DNA of 64,000 nt from an uncultured Gemmataceae bacterium (GTDB lineage Bacteria > Planctomycetota > Planctomycetia > Gemmatales > Gemmataceae), in contig CAVVPN010000012.1 of the NCBI GenBank assembly GCA_963750165.1, positions 160,001 through 224,000 of the forward strand. Direction: 5' to 3'. A program made the translations under genes and the position numbers. Shown in pieces: positions 20,349 through 30,169 of this stretch. Under the pieces are notes generated by a model. The model saw only the letters and a program-made list of their open reading frames with translations. It was not told the DNA's origin and did no database searches. Numbering within the stretch: position 1 is the first letter of the stretch; the number at the start of each line of letters is the position of its first letter.

Positions 20349-21752
20349 ATGAGTCCCACTGGTCGTCTGCCGACGGTCCTGGTCGCCGACGACGACGCCG
20401 TCATCCGTGCCAACCTGACCCTGCTGCTGCGCTCCGAGGGCTACGCCGTTCGTGAGGCTGCCGACGGCGTGCAGGCCACCGCCCGGGCCGACGGCGCCGC
20501 CCTCGTGCTGCTCGACCTGCGCATGCCCGGCCGCGGCGGCATGGACTTGCTGCGCGACTGGCAGGACCGCCTGGAGGAGCGGCCCGTCATCGTCATCACC
20601 GCGCTGGGCGGCAGCGCCGCCGCGATTGAGGCCATAAAGCTCGGCGCCTACGACTACATCACCAAGCCGTTCGACCTCGACGAGGTGCTGTTCACGGTGC
20701 GGCGGGCGCTGACGCAGAAGAGCCTGGTGGCCCAGGTGCAGGCCCTGTCCGACTCCGCCGCGGCCGCCGCCGGGCCGACCGAGGAGGACGAGTTGGTCGG
20801 CCACACGCCGGGGATGGTGCAGGTGTTCAAGACCATCGGCCTGGTCGCCGCCGCCGCCGAGCCAGTGCTGATCCTGGGCGAAAGCGGCACCGGCAAGGAA
20901 CTCGTCGCCGCCGCGGTCCACCGCAATTCGCCGCGTGCTGGCCGGCCGTTCGTCAAGGTGAACTGCGCCGCGCTCAGCCCGGCCCTGCTGGAGAGCGAGC
21001 TGTTCGGCCACGAAAAGGGTGCCTTCACCGGGGCGGTCGCCCGCCGCACCGGCCGCTTCGAGCAGGCCGATGCCGGCACACTGTTCCTGGATGAGGTCGG
21101 CGAGCTGGACGTGGATTTACAGGCAAAACTGCTGCGCGCGCTGCAAACGGGGACGTTCGAGCGCGTCGGCGGCAACGAGACGCTGCGGGTCGATGTCCGC
21201 GTGCTGGCGGCGACGCACCGTAATCTACTGGAGCGCATCGCCGAGGGCCGTTTCCGCGAGGATCTGTATTACCGCCTGAACGTGGTGGCGGTCGAGCTGC
21301 CGCCGCTGCGGGCGCGGCGCGACGACATCCCGCTGCTGGCCGAGCACATCCTGCGGCGGTTGGCCCACAAGTACCACTGGCCGCAGCTGGCCTTGTCGCC
21401 CGAGGCGTTGCGCGAGTTGTGCCAGCGGCCCTGGCCCGGCAACGTCCGCGAGCTGCAGAACGTGCTGGCGCGGGCGGCTATCCTGGTGCGCGGCCGCATC
21501 ATCCTGCCCGCAGACCTGCAGCCGGCCGCGGCGCCGCCAGGCGCCCCCGCGGTCGAAGTACCCGGCACGCCGTCGCTGAACCTCAGGGAAATCCTGGCCG
21601 AAACGGAGCGGCGCGTCATCCAGCAGGCGCTGGCGCAGGAACGCTGGAACCGCACCCGCACCGCCCAGGTGCTGGGCATCAGCCGTCGGCAGCTGTTCGA
21701 CAAGATCCGCCAGTACGGGTTGCAGGCTCACGAGCACTTTGAGGACCGCTGA
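20349..21752 (+). CDS. Sigma54-dependent response regulator (NtrC/AtoC family)
   Basis: Receiver (DDD, LDLRMP, KPF), GESGTGKE, GAFTGA, WPGNVREL, C-terminal HTH. Confidence 0.96.
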   Translation: MSPTGRLPTVLVADDDAVIRANLTLLLRSEGYAVREAADGVQATARADGAALVLLDLRMPGRGGMDLLRDWQDRLEERPVIVITALGGSAAAIEAIKLGAYDYITKPFDLDEVLFTVRRALTQKSLVAQVQALSDSAAAAAGPTEEDELVGHTPGMVQVFKTIGLVAAAAEPVLILGESGTGKELVAAAVHRNSPRAGRPFVKVNCAALSPALLESELFGHEKGAFTGAVARRTGRFEQADAGTLFLDEVGELDVDLQAKLLRALQTGTFERVGGNETLRVDVRVLAATHRNLLERIAEGRFREDLYYRLNVVAVELPPLRARRDDIPLLAEHILRRLAHKYHWPQLALSPEALRELCQRPWPGNVRELQNVLARAAILVRGRIILPADLQPAAAPPGAPAVEVPGTPSLNLREILAETERRVIQQALAQERWNRTRTAQVLGISRRQLFDKIRQYGLQAHEHFEDR

Positions 21753-21951
21753 TGTCCGTGGGCGAAAATCCCCCGCCCCACCGGGGGTTCCCCGCCCAGT
21801 CCCCCGGTCGCGTCGCGGCCGGCTGCCGACGACGATGTGCATGAAGATTTTTTCACTCCCGAAAGTCATTTCCAAAGCCCCTTGCCGTTAACAGTCTTCC
21901 GGCGGCGGCGGCAACGCGCTGACACGGTCGGCCCGGTCTCACGGTCCGATC

Positions 21952-21967
21952 CGGTCTCGTGTTTGCT
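21952..21967 (+). promoter_or_regulatory. Candidate second sigma54 promoter
   Basis: CGG-TCTCGTGTTT-GCT gives GG-N10-GC with a TTGCT -12 box, upstream of the transport operon. Confidence 0.45.
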
Positions 21968-22087
21968 TTACCCATTTCCGGCCTTGAGCGGCGGAGGCGA
22001 GAAGCAGATCGGGAAAATCCGCAAGCACCGACTCAGGGCCCATGTGTGGCGTTCGGGATTTTCCCGGCACAAACGGAGGGATGCATC

Positions 22088-22600
22088 ATGAGACACGTGT
22101 TGAGTCGGTGGCTGCTGCTGCTGGGCGTGGCCCTGGCGAGCGCTGCGGTCCTTGCCTGGTTGCCGGCGGAGTCCGCGGGGGCTTTCCCGCAGGGCAAGAA
22201 GGGCAAAAAGGGCGAAATCCGCGGCGAATTCGTGACCATGCAGGGGACGGTGCAGCAGTTCACGACTGCGCCCAGGGGCGAGGTGGACGGCCTGATCCTG
22301 AATGACGGCACCTGGGTGCATTGGCCGCCGCACCTGGAAGACCAGTTCTCCGGCATCGCCGTCAAGGGCGACAAGGTCCGGGTCCACGGCCAGATGGTGA
22401 CCGGCAAGAAGGGCGACACCAAGCTGGAGGTGTCCACCATCACCAACCTGCGTACCGGCAAGAGCCGGCAGAATGCGGATCTGCCCGCCCCGACGACAGC
22501 CCTCGAGCGGCCAGGTAGTGTCGAAAAACGGCTGCAAGCTCTGGAAGACCGCATGGAGCAATTGCTCCAGGAAGTGCGGCGCATTCGCGGCAAGAAGTGA
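22088..22600 (+). CDS. Small exported OB-fold-like protein with C-terminal coiled coil
   Basis: Signal peptide; GTVQQFTTAPRGEVDGLILNDGTWVHWPPH; GGAGG RBS. Confidence 0.75.
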   Translation: MRHVLSRWLLLLGVALASAAVLAWLPAESAGAFPQGKKGKKGEIRGEFVTMQGTVQQFTTAPRGEVDGLILNDGTWVHWPPHLEDQFSGIAVKGDKVRVHGQMVTGKKGDTKLEVSTITNLRTGKSRQNADLPAPTTALERPGSVEKRLQALEDRMEQLLQEVRRIRGKK

Positions 22601-22705
22601 GTGGACCGCCCTGGCGTGAACTGCCAGGGCGTCGGCGGGCGAGGCCTGTCTCGCCCGCCGATTCGTCACCGAGTCCCGGCCAGCTCAGACAGTGAAGGAG
22701 GGAAC

Positions 22706-23950
22706 ATGGACCGGCGTAACCGCATCGGCCTGTACGGCGCTTACTTCCTGGGCGTGTCCGGCATCGGCTTCACGCTGCCGTTCCTGCCGCTGTTCCTGGG
22801 CGATGCCGACCTGGACGACCGCACCATCGGCATCATCTCCACCCTGGCGGCGCTGGTCGGGCTGCTGCAATTCCCGGTCGGCCTGTGGTCGGATCGCGTC
22901 GGCCGGCGCAAGCCGTTCCTGATCGCGGCCCTGGCCCTGCTGGCGCTGGCGACGCTGTTGCTCCGCCAGGCCGAGGGCGTCGTGGCGCTGACCGTGTTGG
23001 TGCTGCTGTTCGCCGAGAACGGCTGTTGCCGCGCCACCGTCGAGAGCCTGGCCGGCGCCGAGGCGACGCAGCTGGCGCCGCCCGGTGGCGTCGGGGCGGC
23101 GCTGGGGGCGCTGCGCTTCTGGAAGCCGGTCGGCATCGTGCTGGTGGCACTGGGCGGCGGCTTCCTCGCCAGACACTACGGCGTCGCTGCGGTGCTCGGG
23201 CCGCTGGCCCTCGTGCAGGGCCTCGCGGTCGTCGCGGCCCTGCTGATCCGCGAACACCCCGAACGTGGGGCTGGCGAAGCGGACGGGCGGGTCGCCTGTC
23301 CTACGGAAGACGACCGGGCCTGGCTGCGCGACCGGGCGGTGGGGCTGTTCGTGGTCGCGATGGTGCTGTTCCACTTCGCCAACGCGCCCGGCGGCGTCTA
23401 CCTCGGCCTGTTTATGCGGCGGCAGCTGGGCGCGCCGCCGGACTGGCTGGCGCTGGCATTCGTGGTGAGCATGGTCACCTGGATGCTGGTGGTGCGGCCG
23501 ATCGGCTGGCTGGCGGACCGCGTCGGCCGGCGGCCGCTGCTGCTGCTCGGCTGGGCGGCGGCGGCGGCGCGGCTGGCGCTGATCGCGGCGGCGGCGGAGG
23601 CGTGGCAAATCCTGGCCATCCAGGTGCTCGACGGCTTCGCTAGCGGCCTGTTTTCGGTGCTGGCCGGCGCCTGGATGGCCGACCGCCTCGGCGACTCACG
23701 CCGCGCCGGCACCGCTCAGGCGCTGGTCGGCACGTCGCTGGTGTTCGGCTCGGCGCTGGGGCCGCTGGCGGCGGGGCTGCTGGTCGAGGATCTCGGCTAC
23801 CGCACCATGTTCGCCCTGCTGGCGGGCGTCGCCACCGCCGCCACCGCCGTCGTCGCGCTGGCGGTGCCCGAAACCCTCACCGCCCCGGCCGCCACCCCGG
23901 AACTGGCGCCGGCCGCCGGACAACCCTTGTCCCTGGAGAAGCAGGCATGA
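22706..23950 (+). CDS. MFS transporter
   Basis: GLWSDRVGRR and GWLADRVGRR MFS motif A; ~12 TM. Confidence 0.92.
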   Translation: MDRRNRIGLYGAYFLGVSGIGFTLPFLPLFLGDADLDDRTIGIISTLAALVGLLQFPVGLWSDRVGRRKPFLIAALALLALATLLLRQAEGVVALTVLVLLFAENGCCRATVESLAGAEATQLAPPGGVGAALGALRFWKPVGIVLVALGGGFLARHYGVAAVLGPLALVQGLAVVAALLIREHPERGAGEADGRVACPTEDDRAWLRDRAVGLFVVAMVLFHFANAPGGVYLGLFMRRQLGAPPDWLALAFVVSMVTWMLVVRPIGWLADRVGRRPLLLLGWAAAAARLALIAAAAEAWQILAIQVLDGFASGLFSVLAGAWMADRLGDSRRAGTAQALVGTSLVFGSALGPLAAGLLVEDLGYRTMFALLAGVATAATAVVALAVPETLTAPAATPELAPAAGQPLSLEKQA

Positions 23951-25005
23951 CTCTGCACCCCTTGCCCGTCATCGTGGTGGTCCCCGGCGACCTGCACCTG
24001 ACTGAACCCGGCCTCGCCCACCACCGCGCCGCGCTGTGGATGGTGGACGAGGTCAACCGCTTGATCCGCCCCGACCTGGTGCAGTTCATCGGCGACAGCG
24101 TGCAGGACGGCACCGACGCTCAGTTCGACCTGTTTATTGAACTGGCCGGGCGGCTGGAGTGTCCGTGGCGGGCGCTGGTCGGCGACCACGACGCCCCGGG
24201 CGACCCGCACGCCGGCCGCTTCCGCGCCCGGGTGGGCGAGCCGCACGGCACGCTGACGCTCCGCGGTTTTCGACTGCTACGGCTGAACACGCAGGAGGCC
24301 CGGCCGGTCGGCCTGTCGCCGGGGCAGTTGGCCTGGTTCCGCGGCCAGGTCGCGGCGGCGGAGTCGGCCGGCGAGCGCGTGGTCGTTTTTCAGCACAACT
24401 ACCCCTATCAGATCTGGGAGGACTTTGCCGGCCCCGGTATGGAGGAATGGCGCGAGGTGGTCCAGGCGCGGCGGATCGCGGCAATCGTCAGCGGCCACAC
24501 GCACTACTGGCAGGTCGCCAACGACGGCCGCAACGTCTGCGTGGCGACGCGTTCCATCGGCGACCCCGAAGGCGGCCCGCCCGGTTACACGCTGCTGTAC
24601 CTGGGCGGCGACGACCTGGCGGTGACCTACCGCAGTGTCGAGGACCGCGGCCCACTGGTGCTCATCACGCACCCGCGCGAGCGGCTGCTGGCGACGGGGC
24701 CGGCGCACGTCGTCAGTGGCCCGGGCATGGTGCGGGCGCGGGTGTGGTCGGGGCGGCGGCTGGCGGGCGTGGCGTGTCGGGTGGACGAGGGGCCGTGGCA
24801 GCCGCTCGCGGTGTGGTTGCCGGCGGACTGGTGCGGCCCGCTGCCGGACGGCCTGGCGAAAGGGGCGCACCGCTGTGAGGTGCGGGCGGTGGACGCGGAG
24901 GGGGCGGAAGGCCGTCAGGTCATCGACTTCGCGGTGGACCCGACCGGCCGCTACACGGCAGTGCCCGAGGCGCGGCCGCGGGTCGAGCGCACCGCCTTTT
25001 GCTAA
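23947..25005 (+). CDS. Calcineurin-like metallophosphoesterase with C-terminal Ig-like domain
   Basis: GDLH, GD, GDHD, H, GHTH metal motifs; ATGA overlap with MFS stop. Confidence 0.88.
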   Translation: MTLHPLPVIVVVPGDLHLTEPGLAHHRAALWMVDEVNRLIRPDLVQFIGDSVQDGTDAQFDLFIELAGRLECPWRALVGDHDAPGDPHAGRFRARVGEPHGTLTLRGFRLLRLNTQEARPVGLSPGQLAWFRGQVAAAESAGERVVVFQHNYPYQIWEDFAGPGMEEWREVVQARRIAAIVSGHTHYWQVANDGRNVCVATRSIGDPEGGPPGYTLLYLGGDDLAVTYRSVEDRGPLVLITHPRERLLATGPAHVVSGPGMVRARVWSGRRLAGVACRVDEGPWQPLAVWLPADWCGPLPDGLAKGAHRCEVRAVDAEGAEGRQVIDFAVDPTGRYTAVPEARPRVERTAFC

Positions 25006-25038
25006 GCCAACCAACCGGGACGGACAGGGGGCGACGCG

Positions 25039-26304
25039 GTGAGTGAGGAAGCGGTTTTCTGGCTGACGCTGGCCTGGTTCACGCTGACGTACGCGGGGCT
25101 GGCCCTGGGCAAGCTGCCGCGGCTGCGGACAGACCGGGCCGGCATCGCCCTGGTGGGCGCGGCGCTGATGCTGGTGACGCCGGGCGTGCTGGGCTTCAAG
25201 CAGGCGGTGGCCGCGGTGGACTTCGCCACCCTCGCGCTGCTGCTGGGCATGATGGTGGTGGTCGCGTTCCTGCGGCTGGCCGGTTTTTTTGACCGGCTGG
25301 CCGGCTGGGCACTGGCGCGGGTGAACACGCCGCGCGGCCTGCTGGCGGTGACAATGACGCTGGCGGGCGTGCTATCGGCGTTCCTGGTCAACGACGTGGT
25401 GTGCCTGGCGCTGACACCGCTGGTGCTGCACCTGGCCGAGAAGCTGCGGTTCGACCCGAAGCCGCACCTGCTCGGCGTGGCGCTGGCGTCGAACATCGGC
25501 TCGACAGCGACGCTGACCGGCAACCCGCAGAACATGATTATCGGCAACCTGTCGGGCATCAGTTATGTGCGTTTCGCCGAACGGCTGACCCCGATCGCGG
25601 TGCTCGGCCTGCTGGTCGGTTTCGCCGTGGTCGCCTGGTGCTATCGTCGTTCGTTGTCCGTGGTCCGTTGTCCGTCGCCGGCACCCCAGGCAAAGGACGG
25701 CGGACGGCGAACGGGCAACGGCCCGAAGAAGCGGCTGCTGGTCAAGAGTCTGGCGGTGACGGCGGCGGCGGTGGCGGCCTTCTTCGCGGGGGCGCCGATG
25801 GAGGTGACGGCGCTGGCGGCCGCCGCGGTGCTGCTGCTGGACCGCGTCAACCCGCACAAGATTTACCGCCAGCTCGACTGGAGTCTGCTGGTGATGTTCG
25901 CCGGCCTGTTCGTGGTCGTCCACGCCTTCAACGTCCATGTCGTTCGGACCTGGCACGTCGAGCGCTGGCAGTTCCTGCAGGAATCGCCGGTGATGCTGCT
26001 GAGCGTGGTGTCGGCGGTGCTGTCGAACGTGGTGAGCAACGTGCCGGCGGTGCTGCTGTTCCAGCCGGTCCTGTCGGTGATGCCGGCGGACGTGCGCGAG
26101 ACGGCGTGGCTGGCGCTGGCGATGTCGAGCACGCTGGCCGGCAACCTGACCGTGCTCGGTTCGGTGGCGAACCTCATCGTCGTGGAGCACGCCCGCCGGG
26201 AGGGAGTCGCGATCACCTTCGCCGAGTACCTGCGCGTCGGTGTGCCGGTCACGCTGCTGACGCTGGCGCTGGGCATCGGCTGGCTGGCGTTCGTGCAGTA
26301 TTGA
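25039..26304 (+). CDS. ArsB/NhaD-superfamily (citrate/anion) transporter
   Basis: SAFLVND, ASNIGSTATLTGNPQN, SNVVSNVPA, STLAGN...GSVANLIV. Confidence 0.9.
   Translation: MSEEAVFWLTLAWFTLTYAGLALGKLPRLRTDRAGIALVGAALMLVTPGVLGFKQAVAAVDFATLALLLGMMVVVAFLRLAGFFDRLAGWALARVNTPRGLLAVTMTLAGVLSAFLVNDVVCLALTPLVLHLAEKLRFDPKPHLLGVALASNIGSTATLTGNPQNMIIGNLSGISYVRFAERLTPIAVLGLLVGFAVVAWCYRRSLSVVRCPSPAPQAKDGGRRTGNGPKKRLLVKSLAVTAAAVAAFFAGAPMEVTALAAAAVLLLDRVNPHKIYRQLDWSLLVMFAGLFVVVHAFNVHVVRTWHVERWQFLQESPVMLLSVVSAVLSNVVSNVPAVLLFQPVLSVMPADVRETAWLALAMSSTLAGNLTVLGSVANLIVVEHARREGVAITFAEYLRVGVPVTLLTLALGIGWLAFVQY
25651..25721. repeat. Heptamer (TCCGTNG)n inverted array inside the transporter ORF
   Basis: TCCGTGG TCCGTTG TCCGTCG ... 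CAAAGGA CGGCGGA CGGCGAA; same unit as 52125-52184. Confidence 0.65.
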
Positions 26305-26354
26305 GGTCGTTGCCGCTTCGCGCGGGTGGCAGCCCGCGCGAAGCGACAACGGGG

Positions 26355-26802
26355 TCAACCTGGTCCGGAGGTCTCCGGCGCCGGAGGATTATCCTCCACC
26401 GCTTCCAGTTCGTCCTCGCGCACCTCGGTTTCAAAATCATTCCATTGGTCCGGGTGAAGAAGGATTCTGTACATCCGGCAGCCGCCGACCCCGAGGTTGC
26501 CGCGGTCTTCGATTCGGGTTGCCCCGATCAAGCCGTCGGCCAAAGAGAAGGTTGTCCCGCAACGTTACGCGGAGGGTGGGGTCGGCCACCGGCGCCACCA
26601 GACCGTCTGCACACTCCGAGTGCAGGTCCCGACAAAACCCTTGAAAGTGTGCGGACAGCAGCATGGCGTAAGCCTGGTTAATCTGAAGCGCTGCCGTCCA
26701 CGCTCCCGGGCCGGAACCGCGCACCGACCGATGTGCTTTCTCTATATGGTCGAGCGTCGCCGCACTTTCCGTTAACCATTGTTGCAGGGCTGTCGATGGC
26801 AT
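26355..26802 (-). pseudogene. Fused remnants: N-terminal half of a HEPN-like protein joined out of frame to the C-terminus of a small beta-barrel protein
   Basis: MPSTALQQW...QINQAYAMLLSAHFQGFCRDLHSEC...LDRGNPN loses similarity at ~26510; another frame continues IEDRGNLGVGGCRMYRILL...EDELEAV. Confidence 0.55.
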
Positions 26803-26909
26803 CCTTGCCTCTCCCTGGTCGCATCTGCTTCCCACACCTCCGTGAATGATTCCCGTTCCCCGCCTGCGGTCAAGCGCAGTCACTCGCGCGCGATGCCACC
26901 AATCTACCA

Positions 26910-28367
26910 TCACTCCAACCGCTGCCGCGCCGCCGCCACCTCGCGCTCGCGCATCGCCCGGAAACGGTCGCGGTACTCCAGCACCAGCGGCGACAGCTCC
27001 ACCCGGCGATAGCGGCCCCAGGTGCGCTCCGCCCGCTGCGCCTGCTCCGGAAATCCCTCGCGGTACGTGACGCGCCCCTGTTCGACCAGCTGCACGAACA
27101 GCGGTTCGCCGTCGATCCGCTCCGACGCATCCGCGACCACCAGGGCGTCGCCACGGCCGAACACTCGCAGGTAGCCGCCCAGTGACTCCTTGCCCGGTGA
27201 GTTGGAAAACTTCACGTTCGGATGCGCACCGGTCGCCGAGCGCTTGAACGCCGCGGCGACCGTGTCGCGGTGGACCAACCGCCACCAGTAGCCGCCCGCC
27301 CCGGGAAACAGCATCGTCGGCTCCACGCCCGTCTCACAGCGGAAGTACTCGTACACCTGCCGCACCGCGTCCGGGCTCACCTCGTCCTCGAAGACGATCA
27401 TGCGCGGCGAGATGCCGGCGTCGCGCAGGCGGCGGAAGTACAGCGCACACTGCACCGCGATGTCGCCGGAATCGACGCGGATGCCGACACGCTCTGTTTC
27501 AGGATGAGCCTTGATGACGCGCAGCGCGTTCTCCAGGCCGACCGTCTCGGCGTCCACCAGGTCGCACAACAATGACGCGGTGCCCAGCGCCGTGATGAAG
27601 CGGTCCATCATCTCGTACTCGGCGTCCGCCAGCGAGCGGTCGAACGACTGGGCGGCGCACATCATCTCGTGGCCGATGGTGCCGACCGACCGGAACAGTT
27701 CCGGATACATAAACTCCGCGGTGTCGTTGGACGTGAGCTGACCGCCACCGCCGACGTAGCGGGCCAGCAGCAGGATGAGGTTGCAGACCTCCACCGGCGC
27801 CGACCGCAGCCCAAACTCCGCGTCGCGCGGCGTCGCCAGCTTCATCAGCCGGGCCTTGGTCGCCTGGATCACCGGCGCGAAGTAGCGGCACATGGCCGGC
27901 TCCAGGTATGACACCAGCCCACCCGGCCCCTCGAACGACAGGCACGGCACCCCTGGCAGAAACGTCTGGCCGCCGGCAAAGCCCCAGAGGTTGATCGGCA
28001 ACAACAGGTCGTCGCCCGGCTGCCGCAGCACCAGGTCCCAGGCCGCCTGCGGGAACGCCTTGACGGCGGAGTGCTCCGCGTACCATCGGGCGGCCAGTTC
28101 GATGTCAGCGCGGCGCAGCGGCCGGTGGAACCACTGCGCCAGCATGGCCTCGTGGCCGGCCATGATGAGCTGGTTGTCGGCGCCGGGCTCCGGCAAACCC
28201 TTGCGCATCGTCAGGCTGTAGCCGGCGCGGGCGACCGCCACGTCCGGCACGGCGGCCCACATGGTGCGCTTGTAGGTGTCGGTGCCGCCCAGCCAGCCGC
28301 CCAGCAGGAACAGCTTGCCGAAGAACTCCGTGCGCATGGCGGCCCGCTTCGCCGCGAATGGGTCCAT
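26910..28367 (-). CDS. Nicotinate phosphoribosyltransferase-like protein (pncB-like)
   Basis: TDTYK, AEFGLRS, TSN, GTIGHE, GIRVDSGD, KFS.SPGKES motifs. Confidence 0.85.
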   Translation of the reverse strand: MDPFAAKRAAMRTEFFGKLFLLGGWLGGTDTYKRTMWAAVPDVAVARAGYSLTMRKGLPEPGADNQLIMAGHEAMLAQWFHRPLRRADIELAARWYAEHSAVKAFPQAAWDLVLRQPGDDLLLPINLWGFAGGQTFLPGVPCLSFEGPGGLVSYLEPAMCRYFAPVIQATKARLMKLATPRDAEFGLRSAPVEVCNLILLLARYVGGGGQLTSNDTAEFMYPELFRSVGTIGHEMMCAAQSFDRSLADAEYEMMDRFITALGTASLLCDLVDAETVGLENALRVIKAHPETERVGIRVDSGDIAVQCALYFRRLRDAGISPRMIVFEDEVSPDAVRQVYEYFRCETGVEPTMLFPGAGGYWWRLVHRDTVAAAFKRSATGAHPNVKFSNSPGKESLGGYLRVFGRGDALVVADASERIDGEPLFVQLVEQGRVTYREGFPEQAQRAERTWGRYRRVELSPLVLEYRDRFRAMREREVAAARQRLE

Positions 28368-28557
28368 TCCTGGTCCTCCGCTGCCGACCGCTCCGTCCGA
28401 ATACGGGAACGTTTGCACCGGTTGGGGCGTCCAATCTTTGCCGGAATTTCTTGCCTGGCCCCTTCTGCCCGGCGTGGCCCAGGCATTATACTTGACCAGT
28501 AGACTGAGGGTGCCGGTATTCCCGGCTGGTTCGGGTCTGCCGCCGAGGGCGTTGCGC

Positions 28558-30150
28558 ATGGAGTTCACGGTCGAAAACGTTTGCGGCCTGCTGATCCGCA
28601 GCAAACTGTTGACGCCGGACGAGGTCCGGGCCATGTACGCCCGCTGGCAGACCGACGCCGGCCTGGCCGTCTCCAACCTCACGGCCTTCACGCGCTGGCT
28701 GGTGGCACACCAGTACGTCACTGATTACCAGGCCGCCCTGGTCGCGCGCGGCCACGCGGAAGGCTTCTTCATCAACCAGTACAAAATCCTCGACCGCCTC
28801 GGCAAGGGCCGCACCGCCGGCGTCTACAAGGCCATCCACACCGGTTCCGGCCAGGTCGTCGCCATCAAGGTGCTGCCGCCGTCCAAGAGCAAGGACAGCC
28901 AGCTGCTGGGCCGCTTCCGCCGTGAAGTCAAACTCGCCCTCAAGCTCAAGCATCCCAACGTCGTCCGCTCGTTTCAGGTCGGCACCGTCGGCGCACTGCA
29001 CTACCTGGTCATGGAGTACCTGGAAGGCGAACCGCTCGACGTGGTGCTGCAGCGCCGCAAGAAACTGCCGCCGCAGGAGGCCGTGCGTCTCGTCCACCAG
29101 GCGCTGCAAGGGTTGCAGTACATCCACGAACAGGGGCTGGTCCACCGCGACCTGAAGCCGGCCAACCTCATGCTGGTGCCGGCCAGCGGCAGCGGCGCCG
29201 ACGACACCACCGCGCGGGCGACGCTGAAAATCCTGGACATCGGCCTGGGCCGCCGTCTGGCGGACGATAGCACCCTGTCCGCCTCCGAGAACCTGCACCT
29301 GACCGGCGAAGGCGTCCTGCTCGGCACTCCCGATTACCTCGCCCCCGAGCAGGCCCGCGACCCGCGCGCCGTCGATATTCGGGCCGACATCTACAGCCTT
29401 GGCTGCGTGCTGTACCACCTGCTCACCGGCCAGCCGCCGTTCCCCGACACCAACATCCTCAGCCAGATGGTGCGGCACGCCACCGAGATGGCCCGGCCGC
29501 TCAAGGAACTCAACCCGGCCGTGCCCGACGGCTTGCAGCAGATCCTCAACTGGATGATGGCCAAGGACCCCAACCAGCGCTACCCGTCGCCGGAGCGGGC
29601 CGCCCAGGCGCTGCAGGTGTTCCTGGTCGCCGGCAGCGAACCGGCGCGGCCGACCGAGGAGGGGCCACAGTTGCGGAAGTTCCTGACCTGCCTCGAAACG
29701 GAACGCAACGGCGAGGACGATCTGGACAAGACGCCGGTGACGCGGCGCAAGCCGCCCACCACGCCATTGCCCGGCAAGTCGGAAAAAAAGGAGAAGCGCC
29801 ACAAGGAGCGGCCATCGACGCCGACGACGCCGGTGCCGGGCGCCCCGGGGCCGGCCAACGGACTGACGCCGGAGTCGAGCCCGCGCCGTCACGGCCACAA
29901 GAAGCACCGGCGCCACAAGAGCCAGGCCGCGCCGGTGGCGACCGTCGTGCTGAGCACGGCCGCGGCCGCGCCCGCGGCGGCCGGGCAGTTCGACGTGGAG
30001 CTGGTAACGGCCGCGCCGCCGCAGCCGGCACGAGGCGGCCGCCTGCGGCTCACCAACCGCGACTGGGTCTTCCTGGCCCTGGGCGCCTCGGCGGTCGTGA
30101 TCGCGGTTGTCGTCGGCTTCATCCTGGCCATGACGTTGAAGCCATCGTGA
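28558..30150 (+). CDS. Ser/Thr protein kinase with C-terminal TM
   Basis: [40 protein letters not shown]. Confidence 0.95.
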   Translation: MEFTVENVCGLLIRSKLLTPDEVRAMYARWQTDAGLAVSNLTAFTRWLVAHQYVTDYQAALVARGHAEGFFINQYKILDRLGKGRTAGVYKAIHTGSGQVVAIKVLPPSKSKDSQLLGRFRREVKLALKLKHPNVVRSFQVGTVGALHYLVMEYLEGEPLDVVLQRRKKLPPQEAVRLVHQALQGLQYIHEQGLVHRDLKPANLMLVPASGSGADDTTARATLKILDIGLGRRLADDSTLSASENLHLTGEGVLLGTPDYLAPEQARDPRAVDIRADIYSLGCVLYHLLTGQPPFPDTNILSQMVRHATEMARPLKELNPAVPDGLQQILNWMMAKDPNQRYPSPERAAQALQVFLVAGSEPARPTEEGPQLRKFLTCLETERNGEDDLDKTPVTRRKPPTTPLPGKSEKKEKRHKERPSTPTTPVPGAPGPANGLTPESSPRRHGHKKHRRHKSQAAPVATVVLSTAAAAPAAAGQFDVELVTAAPPQPARGGRLRLTNRDWVFLALGASAVVIAVVVGFILAMTLKPS

Positions 30151-30169
30151 ACTTCCCGGCAAACCTCTC

